A stretch of 64,000 bases of DNA from Selaginella moellendorffii. Lineage: Eukaryota > Plantae > Lycopodiophyta. The notes under the pieces are model-generated. The model was given only the letters and a program-made list of their open reading frames with translations, was not told the origin of the DNA and made no database searches. How positions within the stretch are numbered: position 1 is the stretch's first letter; every line of letters starts with the position of its first letter. The DNA is taken from assembly GCF_000143415.4 (NCBI RefSeq), contig NW_003314332.1, forward strand, positions 558,001 to 622,000, given 5' to 3'. Positions 49,400-60,090 of this stretch are shown here, piece after piece. The translations under genes were made by a program, and so were the position numbers.

Positions 49400-50134
49400 T
49401 TTCAGGTACGAAGGCTGCCCGCTGAGACGGCTGTATTGTGCCAGATCCCATGAGGGCCTATCGTGTTGTGCCACGGCTCGATCAGCCAGTGATCTCGGAG
49501 AAAATCGATGGTGTGTGGATTGGAAGCAAGCGTTTCTCGGCCATGACAAGTTATCTGCTCTCTAAACTTGATGCTTACACCGCAGCTTGGGGCGGAACGG
49601 TTCAAGTTTCAAGGACCCTTTGCCCGGAGCAGTGGCTGGGGGAAATCGTTCAGGGTGTGCAGCCTGCGCAACTCTGGCGTGTTTGTGATTTACTGTTCCT
49701 GTGAAGGTTCCACCGGGTATCCACCGAGGTCCGCTCTAGCTCCGTGTCTTGAGGGCGTGGTTACGGCATTGCGCATCTGATCGCTCGCGAGCTTGCTGCG
49801 TCCAGGTTGACAGCCGTTGAATGGTGCGAGCAGCAACTCTTGTTCTCGGAAATCCACAAGTCCATACTGGAAGGTTTCATCTTGGTAGTTTCCAGTGTTT
49901 CGAAGGGCACTGGGTCTTATGCCAACCGGCGCTTAAAAGCTCAAGCAACTCGGCCTCGAGAGTTATCAGCCACTGACCACCTCGAGAGCTAGATACGCGC
50001 CAATACGGATGGTGGCACCTAGAGATGTCTTCAGCAAGGTTTCACCATGGTCTTAAGGTAAACTCGATGTTACTGAGCACGAGAAGCATGGGAAGCTGTT
50101 GAATTCCAAGCTTACTGGAGACATGAAAGTGGAG
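49400..50134 (+). pseudogene. 5' part of a P-loop NTPase-like gene
   Basis: SSGWGKS (49628-49648) followed by VFVIYC..GSTGYPPRS. Confidence 0.55.
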
Positions 50135-52025
50135 ATACTGAGCAACACTGTTGGATCCACAGTGTTGACCCTTCCCAACTGGAACACACACATCCAGAAG
50201 TCAAGTGGGATGACTTTGAGAAGCATCGATCTCAATCACGCTAATGCAACCAGCTTTGGTTTTTGCAAAGGCATGGAGCTGGGGAAGGTTTGGACCCATC
50301 GACGACTTTCATAGTCAAGACGGCTCCGGAAGCAGCAGGATTCGACATGTCCGAGTGCGAGTCGACCACGGAGAAAGCTTTGCCTGCTTGGAGCTCCTCA
50401 AGCAACAATTTGATTTCCTCATCTGTTGACTTGAGGACCACTGCTACTTTCGTCGACGTTCTGGGATCATTCATGTCTCACGTCAAGAACTCTTACATTC
50501 AAGCGCAGAACTCAGCCCTGGATCTCCATCATCCGGCCTCAGATTTCTAGGTGGCAGTAGTGGCTCTTCCCAATGCTGTGGTGGGAACAGCCGTGCTTTT
50601 CATCAATCTCCAGATCAAGCTCTTCAAGAACTTGACAAGTTTTCAGAAATGGAAGATGATGATGCTCTGTGTGTTGAAAAATTAAGGAAGAAGAGAAAAA
50701 CTCTATCGCCCAAATATCATCATTGCTATACATACAGCGGTGAGAGTCGTGACTCTTTCCAAATTCACCACGTGTCACCACGTGTCTCAGCCGTACGGTG
50801 ATCTCGGATGTACTACATCCTCACACCCCACTCAGCCGTGATCAGCGTGCGAAGGCTGGATCAGAAAAAAGAAACTAATGCTAAACCACTGTGAACCTAT
50901 CTCACTCCCCCCACTCAGCCAAGAAAAGCTAAGCTTGTGAAATCAGCATCTTGTGGTGTTGAACAAGAGTAATAGCACGTTCCAAGGTACCCAAGCTTGC
51001 ACACAGCCCAGCTTGTATCAGGACCCATCAGGAACCAGCATTTTGTTCCATCTCCCCCACTCAAATGTGATCTCTCCATCAGCCTCAAGGCCCTTGCGCA
51101 CAGCAATTCCATGCCTAGTGCCCAGCAAGAAGAGAAGCCTCTTGGCAGCATCAACAAATCCCCAGCCCAAAGAAGCCTTCCCTTGTAGCAGCAGGGGCAT
51201 CAGATCGTCTCCAGCGGTAGCAAGCAGTGCCACAACCCTTCCAATTCAAATCCAGGCCAGTCTCAATCAAGAACCGTCTCCAATTTAGGGTTACCTGCAC
51301 AAGACAAAATAAACAAGAAAACCTCCATCTTGATATTTGCAATTCACAACCACTCCAGATCAAGGGGCTCATCATCTTCCTCCTCTTCCTCCTCCATTCA
51401 GCCTAGGATTTAATCCCTGATCTCTGATACCATGTTGAAAACTAAGGAAGAAGAGAAAAACTCTATCGCTCAAATATCATCATCGCTATACATACAGAGG
51501 TGAGAGTTGTGACTCTCCAGATCCACCACGTGTCACCACGTGTCTCAGCCGTACGGTGATCTCGGATGTACTACATCCTCACAGTGTGTGAGCAATTATA
51601 TTCTCTCGGTAGCATCTTACTCTGCTGTGCTTGCTATGATCCCCGCCGAGATTCAGAAGGCAGAGAGGAAGTTTGCGACCTGGGGACTGCTCCCTGACCA
51701 AGTTCCAATCACAAGGCAAGGGCTCAAGTTCTTGTTGTTGTCAAGGCTGAGTCGGTCTATAAATCCGGCAGCCTCATATTAGCATGGTTCTCCACTGTGA
51801 TCCATGTTCCACTAGTCGCGTGCATAACATTCTATAGATGCAAGCAGGTATTCTCCAGGAGGCGGCTTCTTAAGGTAACGAGCACGCTGGAAGACGAACA
51901 GCTCCTTGATCTTTAAGCCAGCTCGGTGGAGCAGCAGCGGCTGGAGAGGAAGCTCGAGGCAGTCAAAAGTTCAGAAAGAAGGGACAACCAGCTCCAGAAG
52001 ATGAGAACTTACAAATCACTCTCGT
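50135..52025 (+). pseudogene. 3' part of the paralog of the 513-aa membrane protein, interrupted by a TRIM
   Basis: ILSNTVGSTVLTLPNWNTHI..., SFMSHVKNSYIQAQNSALDL, EQQRLERKLEA align with 58093-59160 in inverted orientation; stops and frameshifts. Confidence 0.9.
50672..51583 (-). mobile_element. TRIM / small non-autonomous LTR retrotransposon (LTRs 50672-50825 and 51433-51583)
   Basis: ~150-bp TG..CA direct repeats, PBS TGGTATCAGAG on the minus strand at 51422-51432, PPT TGAGTGGGG, TSD CTGTG/GTGTG; the host sequence rejoins on removal. Confidence 0.92.
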
Positions 52026-52232
52026 TGACCGGGTTGGACTCTATTTGCTGCTTTGAGTCTTGGTCCTTCCCTTCATTTATCTCCAGAAAGCTCGTGCATT
52101 TCTTTCTTCAATTTTCTCTCTCCAGAAAAGTGTACGGCGCACGAACACATCCCTCCCATATATGCCCGTGCATATTAGTCGATATCACTCTGGAGATTGA
52201 TAGGCTGCTTGTTAGCCTTGGGGGTGGCCATT

Positions 52233-52585
52233 GCTGTGAAGCATACAAACAAGTATTTTCTATACGATTGTATAGCCGAGCTGACTGGCTGGACGTTACT
52301 TATCGTGTATAAAAAACTATGTGAAGGCCAAAAACTCTACGAAGATAAGAACACACGTAAATGCTAGATTGCCAAGAAGAAATGTCAAGCCCCGAAAGGA
52401 TTTCCATCCAGATGTGGACAATATTACAGTCGCTGTCCAGTGGTGGACCGTGAGCGAGGACGACAATCACCGATCAAACAGAGGGGATAATTTTTCAGTT
52501 TAAGCAACTGGAAACTGGAAATGCTGCGAGCTGTCGGCTCGTGGCTGCCTCGCTCTCTCCCTCGCGGAAACAGTGACACCATCTC
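52233..52585. repeat. Diverged duplicate of the GULLO upstream region (46201-46645)
   Basis: Shared blocks GAAGCATACAAACAAG, TAGCCGAGCTGA, AACTCTACG.AGATAAGAACAC, AAGGATTTCCATCCAGA and GACAATCACCGATCAAACA in the same order. Confidence 0.8.
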
Positions 52586-52818
52586 TAGCCACGACTTGTC
52601 TTCTGTTACTAAACCATGTAATTTTTTTTATCCCAGAAGATATACCAGCCCAAATATTCTTCTGTTGGCATATTTGCTAGGATAGATGCTTATATTCTAG
52701 TGATGATGCGTTAAAGCTAGTGGTGCCAGCACACTGCAGAGCTATCGAAATTCTGGACAACATTCTTCACAAGTGTCGTCTCTTTGAGATCTTACTTTCC
52801 TTCTTCTTCCTTCTCGAG

Positions 52819-53865
52819 ATGTCTAAGTTGTACCAAGCATTGGCGTCGGCCACCACCGTGAGTTTTAGATCTTGTAGCAGCGGGAGCCAGCACGATGAGA
52901 CAGCGTCCTCTCTGTTTCTCAACAGGATGGTGGACGAGTTCTTGGAAGAGGAGGCCGATGGCGGCAGCATCGATCATCAAGACCACACTGTTGCCGCTGG
53001 AGAGAATCACCATGAGGATCACTCAAATGTGGATCCGGAGGAGTTGAAACTGCCGGAGCTAGAAAATTTACTTGTCAAACAGGTGCGTGCATGCTTCTTT
53101 CTTCCAACTTTACCTTTACAAGAAGTCTGGCTTGTGTCCAGAATGATGGTGAGATCGAGCTGCTGGCTGCGGATGCTCGACGATCGAGAGATCAAGCTGC
53201 AAAATTGAATCTCCAGGGAGCAGCTTTGCAAAGAAGCGTGATGAGCAAACTCCGGGGCATGGGATACAATGCCGCTGTTTGCAAGGCGAGATGGAAGGCA
53301 ACAAGAACCATTCCTGAAGGTCACAAACCTCTGCGAACTTGTAGAGATTATTGTGTTTATATATGCATATGATCTTCCAGGTCACTACAGTTTCATCGAT
53401 GTTCTTCTCCATCCCAGAAAACGAGTGTTCATCGATACGGAGTTTAGCATGCAGTTCGTGATTGCTCGGCCAAGCCAAAGCTACGCCGCCACATTGAGCA
53501 AAGTCCCTCGACTTTTTATTGGCACCTCGGAAACACTCCATCGCTTGATCCTTCTCACATCCAGAGCGATGAAGCAGTCACTCAAGAGCCAAGGCCTGGC
53601 AATACCTCCATGGAGGCAAGAAGATTATCTCAAAGCGAAGTGGTTCTCCACTTACCGGCGAACTACAAATCCTAAGTTTGCTGCTACCACTGCCCAAGAA
53701 CATATGCGTGAGTCTCCTGATTTTGAGCAGTGCATGGCAGTGTCGACTAAGATCAGGAAACCATCAGGGTCTCCTCGGAGATCTGGACTATCAGCTCTAG
53801 CCGCTGCTGGTTTGATCCATCACGAGGATGAAAAGTCTCGCCACCACCTTGTTGCAGTTGTGTAA
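52819..53865 (+). CDS. DUF506 (plant PD-(D/E)XK-like) protein; exons 52819-53082, 53142-53319, 53381-53865
   Basis: LNRMVDEFLEE, LRGMGYNAAVCKARW, GHYSFIDV, IDTEFSMQFVIARPS, AMKQSLKSQGLAIPPWR..YLKAKW. Confidence 0.9.
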
Positions 53866-54899
53866 AAAAATTCTACTTTGACTTTGACTCGTTGACATTA
53901 TCGATCAGTGCCACGTCTCTAAAGCAAGCATTTGAAATGCCGACAGACCTGTTTGCTTGTAGTTCCAGGGATCATTGCTCTCGGTGTGACCAAAAGCCCA
54001 GGAAGGGCCTTGGCGAGACGCCACTGGAACGCTTCACCGATGCATTCCAGGAGCTCCAAGAGACGACCGAGAATATGTCGCAGAAAGCTATACTAGGTAA
54101 CGTTACAAACGTGATTGAGAAAGCTCTGTAGAAAACTGGATGATCAAGAGACGCAGTCCATGGTAAAGTAAGTTTTCCTCGAATGTAAAGCTTGTTTGTA
54201 GTGTCAACTCGAGATTGCAAACATATACTTAGGAGATTTTGAGTTTTCAATGAAGAGATTCACCATAATCAAAGGTATGAATCCATGAGACGATCGTTTG
54301 AAAGAGCTTGCGGCTGACCCGTGCCATTCTCTGATGGAGCTGCGCTTAGCGATTTAGAGGACGACGATCGGAGCGCGTTGTCGAGATAGCAGGCCTCGAG
54401 GTGTGCACTCCTCAAGAAGGAGCTGGATCGGCAGGAGGGCGAGAATGAGCTGGCGGATTCCTCCAAGAGGCAGCGGGATGATGCGCAGGGGCAGCTGGAG
54501 AATATTTCGAGGCAGAGGGAGGATTTCCAAAATCGTCCACCTCGGCATGGTTTTTGCAAGAGGACCGAGGAGCTCATGGAGGAGGTTTTGAAGAAACCAG
54601 CTACAGAGGAGGCAGCTGCTGGCGTAGCAATTCTGGAGGAAGTCGACAATTGCAATCAAAAGGTTATCATCGCATGTCATGCCAGATTACAACGCTGAAC
54701 CAGCTGGTGGTTCATCTCAGACAGTCGCTAGAAGAGGCGAATAGCAAGCTTCAATCGAAAGAAGAGATGGCAGCAGCCTTCCCGCAACGCGGCTGACACT
54801 ATCACGAAAGATTGCCGACGAAAGAGCAGTGGAACTTAGGGAGGGCCTGGAAGAAATGTACGGACATAGAATCTCAAATGTATGTTTTCTTATTTTACG

Positions 54900-55540
54900 T
54901 TTCCTGCCTGTTGCAATTAAGTAGATATCTGAAGTATTTGTTGCAGTGGTCTGGAAAGCCTACGTGAACAAGAAAACCGAGCAGCAAATCCTCTTCCAGA
55001 CGGACTTTCTTGGTGCTATCTCTCTCGTAATCAGGGTGAAAGCCAAGCGCCAGCTCTAGAGCTCGAGAGGGGGAAAGCGTCGCGTCTTTGATGCCTGAGA
55101 CACTGGGACACGTGTCGGAGAGGATGACATTATATCTTTTCTGCGAGCACAAGTACGTGCTATTTATTTCAAGAAGAAACAGAACTGATTTTTACCTAAA
55201 GGGTCATGGCAGCCAGAGTCTCGGGTTCGATCTTCATCACGGTCCGTGGCAATGGTTTCACATGGTCTCCTGGAACATTGATTTTCGAAAGCAAAGGTAA
55301 TGCGAGCTTTCAAAGTAGAAGGCTCAAAGAGCTTACTTTGGTGTTGACTCCAACGACGACTCCACCTGTTCCTAAGTTCTGGCAAGCCACCTGAAAGCAG
55401 TGTGAGCCAAGTTTATGTTTCTCAATCTTCTCTCTGTCACACTAACCTGTAGCCACGCACCAGGAGCACACGCAAGGTCGAGAATGGCCGCTCTTGAGTA
55501 TCGGTCCTTCTCTTGGATCTCCACCAGCTGATTGAGCAAA
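54900..55540 (-). pseudogene. FtsJ/RlmE-like rRNA methyltransferase fragment
   Basis: ILDLACAPGAWLQV and YNVILSDTCPSVSGI..LELALG; degenerate. Confidence 0.75.
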
Positions 55541-55709
55541 CAAACGATCAAGGAGTTACTCTGATCGTTGCTGAGGATCAAACGAGTAATCGGATTGGTG
55601 GTAAATTCTTTTTCTTTTGTTACGTTTTTAATGACGAATGAAAGGAACGCCCTCCAGCTTCTGTCATGAGGCTTACGATCTATGAGAATTTCTCTTATGC
55701 TTCTCCCAG

Positions 55710-57830
55710 GATGGCTATGCTGTCGTGTCGTCGGATGGTCCTGGCGATTATCCAATGGTGGCGGAAGCACGAGCTGGCCTGGACACGGAGGACATCACCA
55801 TAAAACCTGGGACTGTTGCGTACGTCACTACTGGAGGTGACTTCCTCACGTTTCACAGTTTCTCTCATGCGGAGAACGTTTGCAGGACCTGTGCCTCACG
55901 GTGCTGACGCTGTTGTCCTGGAGAATACGTGCATTTTTTCGTTCGATGGACATAAGAAATTCGCGTCCTGTCCGGTGCTAGCCAAGGCCAAGATATACGC
56001 CTGTGCTATGGACTTTGTACTTGAAAGATCCTTTCACTCTTTAGGATTTCTTTTCACTCTAGAATCTGGTAGCTGGGAACTTTGCTCTGATCCAGGGTTT
56101 GATATTGCTAAAGGAGACAAAGTTCTATCAGCAGTAGGTCCTGCGGAAATAGCAAGCGTTGGGACTACGAAGGTTAAGGTAGAAAGTCGGAGTGTTTCTG
56201 TTTTTCCGTTGTACTTTACAGTCTTGAGTTTTCAGGTGTTTCTACGCCCCACAGTTGTTATGCTGTCCACCGGAGATGAATTAATCGATTATTCTGGAAA
56301 TAGTTTACAGAGAGGCCAGGTGACAATATTACGTCCACTTCTGTTGTTTCAAATCTGGCCTTTCGTTTTGCGTAGATCCGGGATTCAAACAGACCTATGC
56401 TTATTACAGCTGTTCGAAGTCATCAATGTACTTGTATCGATCTTGGAATCCCTCGAGATATTGAAGCAGGGATAGAAGCGAAACTTGATGAAGCCATTGC
56501 TCAGGGTGTCATATCGATGGGGACAGGGATTTCGTGAAGCCAAAACTTGCTGAAAGGGGAACTATCTAGGTCAACATGGTTTTGTGCTAACTGTTGGCTC
56601 TGAAACCAGGGAAGCCACTGACGTTTGCAACAATTGCAGCCCCAGGAAACAACAAGAAAATGCTTGTTTTCGGTGCCTGGGAACCCTGTCAGTGGCATGG
56701 TGACTTTTGATCTTATTACACTTCCAGTTTTGAGATACACGTCCGGACATTCCCTTGCAAGTAAACTTCTGCTAAGTTCCAGAATACATTCGAATGACAA
56801 CTTGTTTTATGCAGAGTTCAAGCTAGAACACGTGAGCCAATCAAGCTTGATCCAACGAGGCCAGAATATCATCGCGCTGTTTTACAATGGGAGGACAGTG
56901 AGATTTAGTCGGGGTACGTTTCAGCAGTTTTCAGTTAATGATTGCAACATGACGTTGCAGAGAGCACAGGACGACAGGCTAGTAGTCGCCTCTTGAGTAT
57001 GTGCAAACGTGTTGCTCGAGCTTCCGAAAGGGCCTGGAGTCCTAACCGCTGGCTCTCCTGTTTCTAACAGGGATATCACAAGCAAATCTCTGCCGCCGTC
57101 TTCGAAACCAGAAACTCCGGACCCGACCAAGCCAGGCATAAAAAAAGGCATCCTAATCGTGAGTGACACGGAAACGGTTCTGAGCGAAGGTATAAGCTGG
57201 ACGCTCTTTTCTGGACCATTGTTTTGTTTCTATCCAGCGAATAGATCAAATTGGTAACAGGAGGATAGAATCTACCTTGAGGCTTTCAAGCAGCATTACG
57301 GTGGCTAGACCTTTTGCCTGGTGGCCTCCGGGTGTACAGCCAGTTCCTCCTGTTAGAGTATTCGTTTTGTTTAGAACTCGAAGCATATATTATGAATGTA
57401 TTGATTGTCACTCCAATCTCCAAGCACTCCCTGTATTCTTAGTATGCTATCTGGTATGATCGCTGTTGCTACCACTTTCGCTCCTCCCAGGGCCTTCAAG
57501 AGACTTGCATAACCCTTCAATAGTGGTGCTTTCAATGTTAGGCACCAAGTCAGAATAATAGGATAAAGAAAAAGCCCTATAATAAAAAGGTGATCACTTT
57601 ATTGTAGACTCTTTCTTTATCCTTCTATCTTGATTTAGTGCCTATCAATTGTTAGAATTCTATCCCTTACACCTTAAGTCAATTAGTTAAAAGGGGTGAT
57701 CATTTTATTGTAGGGCCCTTTCTTTATCCTAAACACTTGAGGAGCGTAATTAAGTATAATTTTGATTGAAGAAGTTATCTCTTTGCTCGTTTGTCACAAA
57801 TAATAAACATGCCTAGAAATCCCAATGGAA
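55710..57830 (+). pseudogene. CNX1: Molybdopterin biosynthesis protein CNX1 (E domain, partial G domain), decayed and 5'-truncated
   Basis: DGYAVVSSDGPG, YVTTGG/PVPHGADAVV, LSTGDEL, IRDSNRPML, SMGDRDFVKP, KPGKPLTFA, PGNPVS, DPTRPEYHRA, SSRLLSM, GILIVSDT, IINMPRNPN; frameshifts and deletions. Confidence 0.85.
57539..57644. repeat. ~106-bp fold-back palindrome (MITE-like) with an extra arm copy at ~57696-57732
   Basis: TAGGCAC..AGGATAAAGAAA..AATAAA-GTGATCAC-TTTATT..TTTCTTTATCCT..GTGCCTA. Confidence 0.7.
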
Positions 57831-58092
57831 GTACCAGCACTGTCGCATGTGTTCAGATGGTGACAAGAGAAAGAAGCACCCTCGCCATTCTCCCCATCAC
57901 GGCGCAGCTTTACATCCCAACGATGTCTGGACGAGCAGCTTCATCGCTGCACAAGGCGGAGAAATGGGATGCTCGTGTTCCCATTGAGTTTGAGCTTTGG
58001 TTTGATCAAAATAAAACCATACAGATGGAAAGGACAAAATAAAAATTAATAAAACAGAAAAAGATGGTAAGAAAAAAAAGAGGCAAGATGTG

Positions 58093-59634
58093 CTAGGAGA
58101 GTGATTTGGCTCTCTTGTAAATTCTAATGCTCTGGAGCTGGTTGACTCTTCTCTCTAAACTTCTAATTGCCTCGAGCTTCCTCTCCAGCCGCTGCTGCTC
58201 CACTGTGCTCATTTCTATGGCTTGAAGATCAAGGATTCGTTCGTCTTCCGGCGTGCCCGAGGCCTTGAGAAGCCGTCTCCTGGAGAAAACTTGCTTGCAT
58301 CTATAGAATGTCATCCATGCGACCAGGGGAACGAGGAAAGCAGTGGAGCACCACGCAAGTACGAGGCTGCCGGATTTGTAGACCGACTCGGCCTTGACAA
58401 CAACGAGAACTTGAAGCCCTCGCCTTGTAATTGGAACTTGGTCCGCTAGCAGCCCCCAGGTCGCAAATTTCCTCTGCCTCTGGATCTCAGCAGGGGTAAC
58501 GGCAATCACAGCAGAGTAAGATGCAACCGAGAGAATGGAATTGCTCACGCACAGCATCATCGTCTTCCATCGCTGGAATCTCGTCAAGTTCCTAAAGAGC
58601 TTGAGCTGGAGATTGATAAAAGGCACGGCTGCTGCCACCACGGCTATGAAGGCACTGGGAAGAGCCACCGCTGCCACCCAAAAATCCGAGGCTGGATGAT
58701 TGAGGTCCAGGGCCGAGTTCTGCGCCTGAATGTAAGAGTTCTTGACGTGAGCCATGAACGACCCCAGAATGTCGACGAGAGTTGTGGTGGTCCTCAAGTC
58801 GACAGATGAGGAAATAGAATTGCTGCTCGAGGAGTTGTCAACTCCAAGCAGGCAAAGGTTCCTGCTTGGTCGCCTCGCAAAGACGACTTGCTTGGACATG
58901 TCGAATCCTGCTACTTCCGGAGCTGTCTTCACCCTGAAATTCGTAGATGGATCCAAATCTCTAGTTCCCCTGAGCACTACGATGCTTCGGTTGAAAGTTT
59001 GTGGATCTAGCTCCATGCCCTTGCAAAAACCGAGGCCGGTTGCATTGGCATGATTGAGATCGATGCTTCTCAAAGTCATCCCACTTAACCTTTCGATGTG
59101 CGTGTTCCAGTTGGGAAGAGTCAAAACCTTGGATCCAACAGTGTTGCTCAATATACCGTCTTGCTCTTCCCATAGAGAAAAAAATCCATACTTTGTGGTA
59201 CCAGGTATGGCTCGGATCACCACGGGCGTGAACTTAACACAGGTTCCAGCTCCAACGTCGTCAAGACAAACAAAACCCAATGCCCACATAGTGATCTTTA
59301 TAGTTCCCAAGCTCTTGATTGTTTCCTCGGACTCGTGCTCTATGAGAGAAGAGTTTCTAGTTGAGAAAAGCCCACCTTTCTCCGCAACCTCGGCCGTGAG
59401 GTTTCGACCCGAGAAGCTAGAAACCAAGTACCCCAGAAAGGCCTGCTCGCTGCTCGATTGTAAATATGGAAGGAATTGCCACCAGTTGGATTTGTGGGAC
59501 GAGTCGCCATTCATGCTCAGGATTGCTGTGAAGCATGTTAGACTTCGAAGATCGCCCTCATGAACAGAGATCGATGACACTGCTGCTCGCACCAGTACTG
59601 TAATTATCACAAAAAGAATGAATCTCCTTGTCAT
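58093..59634 (-). CDS. Intronless 513-aa protein of unknown family: signal peptide, ~300-aa ectodomain, about 3 TM helices, coiled-coil tail
   Basis: Long uninterrupted ORF with ATG start, hydrophobic N-terminus and three hydrophobic segments after residue ~318; a decayed paralog lies at 48837-52025. Confidence 0.8.
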   Translation of the reverse strand: MTRRFILFVIITVLVRAAVSSISVHEGDLRSLTCFTAILSMNGDSSHKSNWWQFLPYLQSSSEQAFLGYLVSSFSGRNLTAEVAEKGGLFSTRNSSLIEHESEETIKSLGTIKITMWALGFVCLDDVGAGTCVKFTPVVIRAIPGTTKYGFFSLWEEQDGILSNTVGSKVLTLPNWNTHIERLSGMTLRSIDLNHANATGLGFCKGMELDPQTFNRSIVVLRGTRDLDPSTNFRVKTAPEVAGFDMSKQVVFARRPSRNLCLLGVDNSSSSNSISSSVDLRTTTTLVDILGSFMAHVKNSYIQAQNSALDLNHPASDFWVAAVALPSAFIAVVAAAVPFINLQLKLFRNLTRFQRWKTMMLCVSNSILSVASYSAVIAVTPAEIQRQRKFATWGLLADQVPITRRGLQVLVVVKAESVYKSGSLVLAWCSTAFLVPLVAWMTFYRCKQVFSRRRLLKASGTPEDERILDLQAIEMSTVEQQRLERKLEAIRSLERRVNQLQSIRIYKRAKSLS

Positions 59635-59864
59635 GATTCTTTGAATTTTGCTTCTCTTTCGATTGTATATTTCGTAGGGTCAGAGAATGATACTCGGTCC
59701 AACTTTTACAACTTCCTTCCTAGACAACGCGACCAACCGATCATTTTCGATTGATCATGCATACATGCATAAAACACGCTACTCGCTTGCGCGTCGAGTT
59801 TGACCATTAATGTCAAAGTAGAAAACTACAACAAGGTTTCGGGGCTTTTCATTCTCGTGTAGAG

Positions 59865-60090
59865 CTGCTAGTCCAGATCTCCTGATGGTTTCCTGATCTT
59901 GGTCGACACTGCCAAGATCAGGAGACTCACGTGCAATATGGTAGCAGCAAACTTAGGATTTGTAGTTTTGCTACCACTTCGCTTTGAGGTAATCTTCGTG
60001 CCTCTATGGAGGTAGCCCGGCCTTGTCTCCTGAGCATCGCTCTGGATATGAGAAGGATCAAGCGATGGAGTGTTTCCGAGGTTCGAACAA
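59865..60090 (-). pseudogene. Decayed inverted copy of the DUF506 last exon
   Basis: TSETLHRLILLISRAM and the downstream nucleotides match 53525-53790. Confidence 0.8.

Noticed and set aside
54277-54796. Coiled-coil-like interrupted reading frame
   Set aside because: Contains stops and lacks diagnostic motifs; cannot be assigned.
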